Part shown: positions 14,130-26,442 of the stretch, one piece after another | Layout of the letters: each line of letters begins with the position of its first letter | How positions within the stretch are numbered: position 1 is the first letter of the stretch | Assembly: GCA_951406725.2 (NCBI GenBank) | Contig: OX597823.1 | Coordinates: forward strand, 62,744,001-62,808,000 | Length of the DNA stretch: 64,000 bases | Direction: 5' to 3' | From: Octopus vulgaris | Taxonomy: Eukaryota | Translations under genes and position numbers: made by a program | Notes under the pieces: generated by a model | Databases searched by the model: none | What the model was told of the DNA's origin: nothing | What the model saw: the letters and a program-made list of their open reading frames with translations, nothing else

Positions 14130-16674
14130 GTATGTATACAAATGTTTTCTTACTTCTGGTCGTTGAGTTTTCCCACCATCAGTTCTCTACAAAGGTAGCT
14201 AATATCCCTAGTGACCTTTTTTTTTTTAATCTGGAGTATTCTGTCCTAAGACATTGGGCATAAATCCAGAAGCTACATGAGATTTCCTTCTGAGAAGTGA
14301 GTGCAGTTTAGCATTGTAAGGAAGCAGTGTAAAGAGAAGAGTAAGAGGAGGCAATTCTAAAATGAAAAATGTCAAAGGTTTTAAAGACTGCCTCATGTTC
14401 TCATGTTAAATGTAGTTGTAGAAAGGCTTCTTCATTTTTGATACCCTCCCTAAAGAATTTAGGATTGTAGACAACTGTGAAAAAGTTTCCATAGAAGGAT
14501 CAATAGCAAATGAGGCCTGAAGATCACTTATAGGTCATTTTTCTAAATTGGTGAAATTCTAGATCTCGATTTCTTAATTAGACACAAAACCAAATTTTTA
14601 TCAGGGAAGGAGACCTGATATATTTTTTGTTACTTATTTTATCAACTTTGAAGGAATGGAAGTAAAGTCAATCCTAAATGGATTTTAAATCAGAATGTTC
14701 ATCTAATAAATTAAATACTGTACAGTTTATTTCACTAAAACTTTTCTACTGACTTGTCACTGTAGCAGTGTTCTTTATGGAATGGCAGAATAATTAAAGC
14801 TTTGGGCAAAATGCCTAATGGTTATTTTGTTACTGCCTTATAACATTTTTAGTTGAAATGCTGCTGAGGTTGACATAATCTTTTATTCTGGGTTCCATAA
14901 AGTAAGCACCAGTTAAGTACTAGGATTAATCTAATTAATGGTATCCATTTCCCAAATTCATAACTATCATAGAAATGAATATTAACCATTTATTATTGAA
15001 GATATTGATTTATGCAGGTGAGGGGATGTTGGCATGGACATGTAAAAAGAATTTGTAAGACATCACCATCATTCAGTTGTGCTACTTGCACAGGTTCTCA
15101 TGACTGTCACCACCCAATTCTATTATCCATATATGAATTGGGAGCATGAGTCATAGTGAATCTTTCATTAGCTGATTACACAAACATGGATGCTGTCTCT
15201 ACGGATACATTGCAGTTACTCTCTTGATAGAGCTTAGGTGATCCTGACCATTGATTTTATTGGATTCTTCCACTCATGATCAATGTAAGAAGCACTGTTG
15301 GCTCAGTTGGGCTCTTCCACTGCCTCTTCAAAATCTGCCCTGTTGCTGTTCCATGACTTTGCTGTATCCTTGGCAAAGTGGTTGAATAGGTGCTATGCTT
15401 TGCCAAAGGGCAGCCCATAATTGCAGGGTACGGTTATCACTCATCTAAAATACCTGCTTACCCATCATAAGATATACTGGCTAAAAATTGATGTGTGCTG
15501 GTAGGTGGTGGTGGTAATGATAACTGAGGTTAAATACACAGACTTAGATCATAGAATGTTGAATCTTAAAGATGACATAGGAACAAGATAGAGTTATAGA
15601 TAAAAGATGTATAAGATTCATGTGTTTAATTTAGATGTTAGAATGATGTGAGGATGCCACTACTAAGAATGGATTAGAGGAAGGTGAAAGTGTGTGGAGT
15701 CTTGTCATTAAAACCTTTCTATGTTGAAAGCCTTAAACTTCTCTCTCTTTTTTTTTTTGTATTTGTCATCTATCTATGAGGTGTGTTTTCACAATACCTA
15801 TCATTTTTCAATTTTCACTAGAGTGATGCTTATCTCTGTTCTCTTTCTAACACAATGGTCTCTACTCTTCTTGAAATTGCTGACTAGATACTCATATCTT
15901 CTAAGTTATCAGTGGATAGTGTTGTTAGTTAACATTTCTTGGTCAACAAAGTTTCTGGTAGCTCTGAACTTTTAAAGATAAGGAAAGAAAACTCTCTTGA
16001 AAAACTTACGGGTTAGCAACAAGGACATCTGGTTATACAACAATGTCTCAATAATATGTATTCTTCTAATGTAGACTATATATATAAAGCATTGTCAGGA
16101 GGTATAAGGGGTAAAGATAAACTTATTTATCCATCTGACTTCTCTATGATTACACCCATTTTGTAATTTTCATATAATATTAATTTCAGTATGCAAAATA
16201 TTATAAATGTTTGCATCAATAAGGATGCTCAGCATTATACAATTAAGTTTCATGTTCACAAATTAATACATTAATAAAGCTAACTCATCAGATTGTATTG
16301 TCTAATGCTGAATATACATATCAATGCAAACATGTCCATTTAATTTTTTTCATACTGAAATTAATACACGAAGAAGGTTATGAAACAGCTACAATCATAT
16401 GGATAGATAGATTTATCTTTACATCTCGTGTTTCCTGACTATATTATATATATATATATTCCTCAGTGAATAACTTATTACTCAGATTTTCTGTATTTTT
16501 AGTTACATGGACACATTGTGTGACAATACATTGTTATTGATTACTATGTGGACTGTTAGCCTAGTCCAAATGAGGAGCTTGCTGTGATAGCTGCATGATT
16601 CTCTGAATCCACACCATCATCATCATCACTTAACATCCATTGTCCATGCTGGCATAGGTTGGCCTATTTTTTAT

Positions 16675-17093
16675 ACACAGGTACAGGTGTGACTGTGTGG
16701 TAAGAAGCTTGCTTCCCAATCACATGGTTCTAGGCTTAGTCCCATTAAGTGGCACCTTGAGCAAGTGTCTTTTACAATAGCCTTGGGCCAACCAAAGCCT
16801 TGTAAGTGGATTTCGTAGATGGAAACTGAAAGAAGCCTGTTTATATATATTAGCATGGAGAATGGACGTTAAACGATGATGATGATGATATATATGCGTG
16901 TTTGTCCCCACTGCCACCACTTGACAACAGAATCAGGTGTGGTTATGTCCCTGTAACTTAGCGGTTCAACGAAAGAGACCGATAGATTAAGTACTAGGCT
17001 TACAAACAATAAGTCCTGGGGTTGATTTGTTCGACTAAAACTTTTTAAGGCAGTGCTCCAGCAAGGCTGCAGCTAAAAGACTAAAACAAGTAA
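16675..17093 (+). mobile_element. SINE family A with an RTE-type tail fragment inside its microsatellite
   Basis: Complete head and tail; TAGCATGGAGAATGGACGTTAAACGATGATGATG sits at about 16851-16889. Confidence 0.85.
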
Positions 17094-18155
17094 ATGAATG
17101 TTTGTGTTTTTAGAAAATTGTCGTTTCTGTTTCTCTGTGTGTGATTAAGTAAAAATAAAAACCCACAAAAAATAGTGTTGTCATACTTATATTCCTGGTG
17201 AGCAATATGACATGAATCTCTATGAAGTAATAGAATAAAATTTATATTACTTGTAAAGTTTATGACAAGAAGAACGTCCTGTTGTAAAATCAATTCCTCC
17301 AATATTCCAACATATACCATCCAAGGAAAATGGACGTAAAACAAACAGGTGGACAAGAACACCCTATGAAGGACATTTCTTTCAAGCTACTTTCATCTTT
17401 GACCTTGCAAGAATTTAAACAGAACATCGACTTCATTCATCTCACCTAGTTTCTGAAGAACTCTAGTTTTGCAGACTAACTAAAACAGAGTAGCTAGAAC
17501 AACTACTAATTGACAGTTTATGATTTGGCTGGAAAGCAAGCTTGTGAACCACGCAGTCATGCCTGCATATGCTTGTGTGTGTGTGCATGAGTGTGTATAT
17601 ATCATCATTTAATGTCCGTTGTCCATTGGACAGCTGGCATCATCATTTATCATCAGTTGGCAATATTGGACAAATTGATGGGATCCAGTGAGCCACAGGG
17701 CTGCACCATGTTCCATGTCAGCCGTGACATGGTTTCTATGGCTGGTGGTTCTTTCTAACATCAAGCCACTTCAAAATGTGTGCTGGGTGCTTTTTTTCTT
17801 TGTGCTACTGGCACTAGTGGCTGGTGGCACATAAAAAAAATGTGTGCGTATGAAACAGTGATATATTCACATTATGACTGCTTCATTCTGCACTTTCCAA
17901 GACCAGTGAATTATTTAAAAAAAAAAAATTTCTCATTTGAAAATCATGCAAAAGGTGGTGTCAGGGTTAGGTATCTAACCATTAATTGCTGCCTGAAATA
18001 GTTGCTATCCAATCTTTGCTAGTGTGAAAAACACATTTACTAAATGAATGCTTGTTTTTTTCCATGCTAAATAAATGATAGAATTTAAATGTTTTCTCTC
18101 TGTCTGAAACTACCTTCTTAATTTGTGTTTCATCTAAATATTTCAGGTGTCAACC

Positions 18156-18247
18156 ATGGATCCTTTCAAGATTTTAAAAGGTATGGCTCCTCTGTTGTGC
18201 CAGAATGGTGGTATAAAAGGAGAGGAGGAGGCTGTAACCATAGCTAG
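18156..18247 (+). CDS. PPP1R10: PNUTS / PP1 regulatory subunit 10, first coding exon (exon 18147-18247, ATG at 18156)
   Basis: Acceptor tttcag ends at 18146 and donor AG|gtaagt starts at 18248. Translation MDPFKILKGMAPLLCQNGGIKGEEEAVTIA(S) resembles the vertebrate PNUTS N-terminus ([31 protein letters not shown], from memory). The phase-2 end joins in frame to the exon at 31547. Confidence 0.9.
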
Positions 18248-20276
18248 GTAAGTGATTGTTAAATTTATATTTAAGGACATGTGTGCTTGAATGTTTGAGA
18301 TAGTTGACATGTATTATTTGTAATATTGGTAAATTTTTACTACTACACTGTCTCACGAGATGGGTGTTATCTCTGATGATGGACTTTTGGGATGGCTATC
18401 ACTAACTCGTGTGGATTGAAAAGAGTAAAGAATTTAGTGGTTGTTTCTTCTGTGAAAGAATTTTTTGTCCAAAAAATTTGCCCTTTAATTCTGTGCCCTT
18501 TTCTTGTGAATGTTTTCTGTTACTTCTACACCTGTCTTATGAGACAGGTGTAATAGAAAAAGAAATTGACATAATGGCTTCTTATCGTGGTGTTAGATAT
18601 GTTTTTACCATACAAGGTAATGATTACAAATAAAGGAATACATTGAAAGGAATTAGCTGTCATTATTAGTGCCAGGAATCTGATATAAAGCAAATTCAAA
18701 ATGGTGAAGAAATTGTGCAAGTATATAATTAATTAGTATGTACACACAGCAAAACATATATTGGAAAGCTAAAAAGAAATTTGAAGTGGTTAAACTACAG
18801 TTTTTAAGCTTTTTACTCTGGAACTTTGAACATATGTAAGTACATTGTATACTTTCCACTCACACAATCTCCTTTATTTTTCAGTGAACAGAGTAACAAA
18901 TTCTATTTATCTGTTTTTAAAATTTTAAAAAGAAACTGTAGTTTAACTACCTCAAATTTAGATGTTTTACATACATACACAATACATCCACCTTTCTATT
19001 TTATGATGTCAGAAAAAACAGGATGAGGTGTTTCTTCAGTTTCAGCTATTCCTATTGAGTGACAGTTGATAGTTACTGTCATTCTGCTTAATTAGTGCTT
19101 TGAAAAGTTAGGATTATGGTCTGAAGTGAGCATCTGTAGTGTATATTATAGCCTATTTCTAGTACTGACTGTTCTAAATTTGAAATGTCTGAGTTTGTCT
19201 AACTTTAGCCTTACTGACAGTTTTAAGATTCTGCTTTATAGTTAGATAAGTTGTGACAGTGCTAAGATTGTCTGTATTAAGTATTTACTAAGGCTTGTTT
19301 ATATATCCAACTATCTGTATTAGGTTATACTTAAGCATTGTTGGTAGAATTCTTTTAAATGATTTTTTTTTTACCTTGCTGTTTCTTAAAGTTTATTGAT
19401 GTTTAAAACAAACGAAGATAAAATTTTGTAAATTTTTTTTCAATATAACATTCATTTTTTTACATGCTTATATAAGTTTGATAACTTAATTTCTTTTACA
19501 AGTCCAAGCTTTTGAATATTAAGAATATTTAAAGTTGGATTTCTGTTTTTTCGTATGAGTAACCTCTAATTTTTCTGCCAGGTGTATTTGAGTAAGTAGT
19601 AAAAAGTCTTGTGTATAGTGTTACATAATAGCAAAAGGAAAATTTCAATATTTGACACTGGTGGTCAGTAGTGTAATATACCTGGATGTTATTCTGCTGC
19701 TGCTATCTTTTACAATAAATTTTTGATACTGGCTTCAGTACTTAAATGACTGAGATTATTTCTTAATACAATTATAATTTTTCAGACAACTAACTAACAT
19801 TATTCCAAGATGAAAATGTGTTTTAATATACATTCACTCTGTTTTGATTAGTTAAGTTGCTAATTGTTACCAGGTGTCTTGTTCCTGGATATTATAATAG
19901 ACTGGGTATGAACTAAAAACCTTTATTCCTCAACTGAAGATAGTAAAGGTGATGCCTACTAGATAACTGATATACATAGATGTGTTGCTTGGCTGCAGAC
20001 ACATATAGATAAATTACTAGGACACTGACATATGTAGATGTGTCACTAGATCATAGATACATGTTGATAGGCTTTTTCATTTTTCTTGTTCTTTTCTTGT
20101 CTTGTAAGTTACTTAAAGACCTCACTAGTGCTGGTAACATGAAAAAAAAAAGTACCAAGTACACTGCAAAATGGTTGACATCCAGTCATAGAAACCATGC
20201 CAAAGCTGACATTGGAGCTCACTGCAGCCCTGTGGATCACTGAACCCTGTCAAGCATTAAAATTCACTGATATACT

Positions 20277-20760
20277 CATCATCATCGTTTAACATCCGCT
20301 TTCCATGCTAGCATGGGTTGGACGGTTTGACTGTGGGCTGACGAACCAGATGGCTGCACCAGGCTCCAATCTTGATCTTGCAGAGTTTCTACAGCTGGAT
20401 GCCCTTCCTAACGCCAACCACTCCGAGAGTGTAGTGGCTGCTTTTACGTGCCGCCGGCACGGGGTCCAGTCAGGCGGTACTGGCAACGACCTTGCTCGAA
20501 TTTTTTACACATGCCATAGGCACAGGTGCCAGTAAGGCGATGCTGGTAACGATCCTCCTCGAATGGTGCCTCCTACATGCCACCGGCACGAAATCCATTA
20601 AGCCTCTCTGGCAACGATCACGCATGGCTGATGCTCTTAGCACCCTACTAGCACGGGGCACAATTGCCAGTAAGGTGAAGCTGGTAACGATCACACTTGA
20701 ATGGTGCCTTTTATGTGCCACCGGCATGGAAGCCGGTTAGCCGCTCTGTCAACGATCAGA
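20277..20760 (-). mobile_element. RTE-type 3' end element with (GAT)n tail and about five internal 60-65-bp repeats
   Basis: Starts (CAT)n CGTTTAACATCCGCTTTCCATGC on the + strand; highly similar to 54438-54770 and related to 55312-55625. Confidence 0.85.
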
Positions 20761-21594
20761 GTGTGTTACTTGGCTGCTGACCAATGTAGATGTCTCAGGG
20801 GTCTTTCGTATAAAAGTGTTACTAACTTTAGTTTAGAAACAGCTACATAAAAGGTGAGAGGTAGGTAGAGGAAGAGTGAGAGGAAGGATGGATTAAAGTA
20901 TAAGAAAAGGAGAGTGCAAGGAAGTATATGAAAAATAAGTGAATGGGAAAGTGAGAAAGAGTGAAGTAAAGACAAGAAGTATGAGATAAAACTAAAAATA
21001 TGACAAAAGGAGTTCAAGCATGGATAACAAGAAAAAAAAAGGTTGTGAGTGATGGCCAGATTTTTAGACATCTAGAGAAGAACTAAAAGTATTTGTGCAG
21101 GCATGACTGTGTTCTCAAGAAACTTGTCTTGCAACTATGTGGTTTTCGGTTCAGTCTCACTGTGTGGCACATTTGACAAGTGTCTTCTACTATAACCCTG
21201 GACAAACTACTGTCTTGTGGATGAATTCGGAAACTGTGTGGAAGCCTGTTGTTTATAAATGTGTGTGAGTTCCCTCCCCACCACTTGAGAATTGGTGCTC
21301 GTCTGTTTACATCCCCGTCATTTAGTGTTTGGGCTAAAGACGCTCATAGAATCAGTACCAGACTTGAAAGACAAGTGCACAAGTCAGTTTGTTCGACTAT
21401 TGCTTTCAAGGTGGTGTCCCAGCATGACTGCAGTCCATAATTGAAACGAGATGAAAAGTTAAAAAAAAAAAAAATTCAAAAAAATCAAAAACACCAGCAA
21501 AAATATAAAACAAAAAAAGCGATCGATATCAAGGGAGATAACTGTGGCCTTTCCAGAACTATTTCCCCTTGAAACTTCTTTTCTGTTACTTGTA

Positions 21595-21642
21595 CTGAGC
21601 ACAAGTTTTCTCTTAGATATCTAAGAGAAAACTTGTGCTCAG
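21595..21642. repeat. Perfect 48-bp palindrome with no spacer
   Basis: CTGAGCACAAGTTTTCTCTTAGAT|ATCTAAGAGAAAACTTGTGCTCAG. Confidence 0.97.
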
Positions 21643-21952
21643 CACTCTGTTAACTGGAACATATGTTATTCACATAAAACACAAATCTTCCCAATTTTCA
21701 AGTTCTCTCTGTTAACTAAGCTAGTTTTATCTTACTTTATCACTATTACCTTGATAAAGGTGATGATGATTGAAATATTTACTGCTAAATTGACTAGGGT
21801 ATACATTGCAGACTTTTCAATCATGTTAGCATTTTATTGACTCAAGTTGTAACAAATCTTAATGCATTAAAAGGATAATTGTTTAGATGAAACCTATAAG
21901 TACTAGAATAGAAAATTTTCCTGTTTTTACTCTTTGGTTTCTTAAAATATTA

Positions 21953-22123
21953 TGTACAGGAGTGGCTGTGTGGTAAGTAGCTTGCTAACCAACCACATGG
22001 TTCCGGGTTCAGTCCCACTGTGTGGCATCTTGAGCAAGTGTCTTCTGCTATAGCCCCGGGCCGACCAATGCCTTGTGAGTGGATTTGGTAGACGGAAACT
22101 GAAAGAAGCCTGTCGTATATATG

Positions 22124-22156
<33 letters not shown>

Positions 22157-22375
22157 GTATGTGTGTGTGTTTGTGTGTCTGTGTTTGTCCCCCTAGCATT
22201 GCTTGACAACCGATGCTGGTGTGTTTACGTCCCCGTCACTTAGCGGTTCGGCAAAAAGAGACCGATAGAATAAATACTAGGCGTACAAAGAATAAGTCCC
22301 GGGGTCGATTTGCTCGACTAAAGGCGGTGCTCCAGCATGGCCGCAGTCAAATGACTGAAACAAGTAAAAAAAAAA
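21953..22375 (+). mobile_element. Young full-length SINE, family A
   Basis: TGGCTGTGTGG and GGTTCAGTCC boxes; CpG-rich; near-identical to the reverse complement of 53651-54066. Confidence 0.92.
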
Positions 22376-24288
22376 TATATATAAATATATAATGTTTATG
22401 ATTAGGCAACTAACTTAACAAAAATGTTCCGTTTCAAAATTGAGATGTCAAACATGTTCACATGTTGATGACTGCAACTGTTAACTCTCCACTGCCTGCT
22501 ATCACCATTATGTGTCTGTTGTCTTGAGTGTTCAGTGAGATAGATCTCAGAACCACTGTATATTTGGTGATTCACAGTTTCAACTAAGTTGAATATATAA
22601 GCTTTGCATGAACCCGGTTTGCTAGATTTTGTTTAATTCTGTCGTAATTGTTTATTAGTTATTCTTATGTAACAGCCTTCTTGATTGAGTTTAATTCGTT
22701 TTGACTCAATACAAATAATAGCTAATGTATTGTTATTAAGGGTACAACTGTGTAACAATTTAAGTTTTTGCTCTAAAGATATATTAACAAAAAAGAAAGA
22801 AAACAAAAAAATAATTTGAAAACTTCAGTATGAAACCTGTCTCGAATGTAAGATTTATTGTTCCATTTTTCTGTTGTCTAACTGCTTTCTTTATGATCTA
22901 GAACGAAGATAGTTGATAGAATGTTTCAGAATTTCCCATTGGTCCAGCACTAAGTGTCAGATGTAACAGTTTAGGGTCAAACTTGAGTGCATGAGCAAGG
23001 TTATCTCATCTTTAATACAGTTGATCCTGTCCTAAAATTTAAACATATATGGTTCCCAGTTTAAAGCTAGTAATTGAATTTAACGAAGGAAATTTAACTT
23101 CAATATTGAGCACTTCATTTTTGTTTTTGTTGTGATATTTGTTTTGTTTTTATGTTTAAGGTTTCTTTTCTCTTGAAGTGATGAGCTCTGTTTCTTCTCC
23201 TAACTAGTGAAGGCATGGTTGTTTGGTGAAGAAGTTTACTTTGCAATTACAGGATCAGGATATTGCTTGATAGCTACTAGAAGACTTAGTAGACATTAAT
23301 GAAGTATTGAGGATCAGTCTTAACAAATGTTTGTTAAAAATTGTAGATAGATTTTATCCTACTGCTTGGGACTTATGGCAAGTGTTTTTCACCCTAACCT
23401 TAGCTCAGCCAAACCCCTGTGAATGAAACTTGGTAGACAGAAATTCTGTGGAAGTCTGTGGGAGTTTCTGTTCTTCGATGATTGATGTGATCTGTTGCCA
23501 GATTTAACATCACCTTGCCCTTGGAATGTTGTTAGCTGTTGTAAGAATTTGGGCCAGATCTCTGAGGATAACTTCCTGTTTTTATCTCACCATTCATGAA
23601 GGCTCTGGAAAGGGTTATGGGCACTGCTGTTCCTTTTCTGCTTGTTCTACTAAAAAAAAAAAAAAAAAAAAGAAAATATGTGAATTCTGTTCAGATTTTA
23701 GATTGTAGTTATAAGGAAAGTAAAGGGATTGGTAAAAGCGGAATTTGAAAATAAGTTGGGAAAGGGGTCTTATATATTAAAAGTAGAATCTTATTTTAGA
23801 AATTGGTAGTTCATGGGGTGTTTGATACCAGGGTTTAATGGTGAAGATGAAAGCAGTTGTAAATACAATAGAAAATTTTAAATGTGGGTAGAATGCATTT
23901 GGTATGTTCTAATAAATTAGACACTTAATGTAATAGCAGTAGTAAAAATGGATTAAGATATTGTTTAACTGACATTAGAGGTCTTGGTGGATTTTAATGA
24001 AATATTGTATAGTAAACATGGCAAATGTTTGTTAAATGTTGCAAATAGACACTAGTAAAGTACAGCAGTAATCAGTTGTATATTTTGTATTGACTGTATG
24101 TTGCCTTTTAAGTAATTTGATTATTTCACTGGCTCATTTGTTTATCTAAAAACTTTGGACCTAAATAATAATCAATGGCTACCTATTGTTATCTGCCACA
24201 TATCTTTGTATCTTAATTTCCATTCTTAATGTCTGAAGTTGGAAATGGGTTTATTTGTCCTTGATAAATATATGCACGTGTGTGTGTG

Positions 24289-24327
<39 letters not shown>

Positions 24328-24640
24328 TCATTTTGATTTCTATTTATATTTGTGTTGGTGTTGAGATTTTGAATTCATAATATGCTGTTTGCTGACCATT
24401 TTCTGAAGAAAATGGTATGCATTAGGATTGGTTTACTTGTTCTGTAATGTTAGTACCATGTGTAATTTGGTTAAGTGGATTCAGTACAGGGAAACCGAAA
24501 GAAGCCTGTTGTGTGTGTGTATTTGTTTTGTGTCACTTTGTCTCGACATTGCATGATAGTATAAGTGAACAGCACTGTCATACAAGTGGTGTCCTTTGTT
24601 TCCAATCTTCTGTAGAAGCATGTTTGGCCAAAGAGAAGTA

Positions 24641-25524
24641 CAACGGGGTGCACAAAAGAAACCAGTATTTTGCGATATTATTTTATTCACTCTCAGTTTT
24701 ACATGTTTACACTTTTATCACCTCCAAAGTATTCTCCATTTGAAGCAATCCATCAGTCCAGACACGTTTTCCACCATTTGAAGCAGTGATGGAACTCTTG
24801 CAAAGTGATGCCTTTTCCTTCACCTCTTCCACATCTGCAAATTCCATGGCACCAGCTTTTGTCACCAGTGATGATCTTTGGAAAAAGGTCCTGATCAATT
24901 TCCAACTGTTCTTTCAGTTCACAACGCACATTCAGTTATGACTGCCCTTGATCTGTGAGTAAGGGAGGCACAAATTTTGTTGCAACTCTTTTCATTCACA
25001 ATTCCTCGCTCAAAATTCATTGGCAGGTGCTCCAGGATATACCAATCATATCAACAAGTTTGTCAATTGTTTGGCAATGTTCCTCCAAGATCAATTCATG
25101 AATTTTTATAATGTTTAAATTCGCTTGGGAGGTCGACGGACACTCTGAACAAGGTTGGTCTTCAAGCAACAAGTTACCATTCCTAAAGTGTGAAAACCAC
25201 TTGTGAACTTGTTTTACTCATGGCAGCATCTTTGTAAGCTGTTTGAAGCATGACAACTGTTTTGGCTGCCTTTTTCCCCAGCAGAAAACAGAATTTCACA
25301 GAAGCATGCTGATCCTTCATTTCAGCCATTTCAAAAATCTACGAACAGGGAAAAAGCACTACAAAACAAAGATGCACCACATGGCAGTACAACCACACTA
25401 GACAATGCCACTCAGCAGACTGATGCCTGAGAGTTGTATGAAGTGGCTTTTTGTGGTGGTAGCTTGAACTACAATGGGCTTGTCCCACAGAGAATGTTTC
25501 CAGTTAATCTTGGGTACCTCCTTG
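24641..25524 (-). mobile_element. Internally deleted mariner-family element inserted at a TA within a SINE
   Basis: Degenerate TIRs (CAACGGGGTGCACAAAA / TTGGGTACCTCCTTG), transposase remnants, and colinearity with 61329-62200. Confidence 0.8.
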
Positions 25525-26442
25525 TGTTACCTTCCTTGGGGACAGATGTGGGTTGGTGGTAAGAAAAGTTTTTGACCATAGAAAATCTGCCTCAGATTGT
25601 TGGACCCATGCAAGTGTGGAAAAATGGATGTATTCATGATCATGCATACATCCATTTTAGTTACTTTTGTTAGTTTACTGTAAAATAGCTATGAATGTCA
25701 CAACTTTCGCTTTCTTGTTATCTTACATAAGATGTCTCTAGCTTAGAAATTATTAACTTCAGTTCCTATTTGGATAAAGCTTCATGTTTGGAAAGATATA
25801 AACGATACATTTTCTAGTTCAAGGAAATGTGTGTGTAAATACACACACACAAGTGCATCTCAGAAAGCTTGAGCTTTATGCAAAAAATGAATGTTGTAAT
25901 TTAAATTAGAACAATAAAATTTCAGTTGCATATGGCTCCCTAAATTTAAACTGATCTCTTCGTAGCATTTTCTTGATAGAAGCTAACATTAATGATTTCC
26001 ATGCAGGGATCATTAAAATATTAAACTGTAGTACCCGAAGATCAAAAATACAATAAAGTTGGTCAAAAATTGAAGAGTATTGCAGAGTGAGGAATGGTAG
26101 TCAGTGCTTGGTTGATGCTCTTTTGTTTCACTGACTGTCTGAATATACTGTGGCATAGAAGAAACCAGCCTGTGATACGATATATTGTGCAACAAATATG
26201 TGTGAAAATTAGCATAGTTAAAAAAAAAATATCTCACTTAGGCTAATTACTCAGATATGCTATTTGCATGTAAAACAATTGAACTTATTGTTAACATATT
26301 TAATATGATAAGCATCCACTCCTCACTAGTAAAATTAGGGAGATAATCAAGCCATGAAAAATTCTATAAAAATTAGAACATGTGAAGAGGTTACAAATTA
26401 CATTTGACATTTTAGCCACCTGCATCTTCCCAGGATATATTA

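Noticed and set aside
18181-18186. Internal donor-like AAG|GTATGG within the first coding exon
   Set aside because: Use would shift the frame; protein similarity continues to the stronger GTAAGT donor at 18248.
20430-20760. CRISPR array
   Set aside because: Eukaryotic context, no cas genes, the 'spacers' are homologous to each other, and the array is part of a multicopy retroelement tail.
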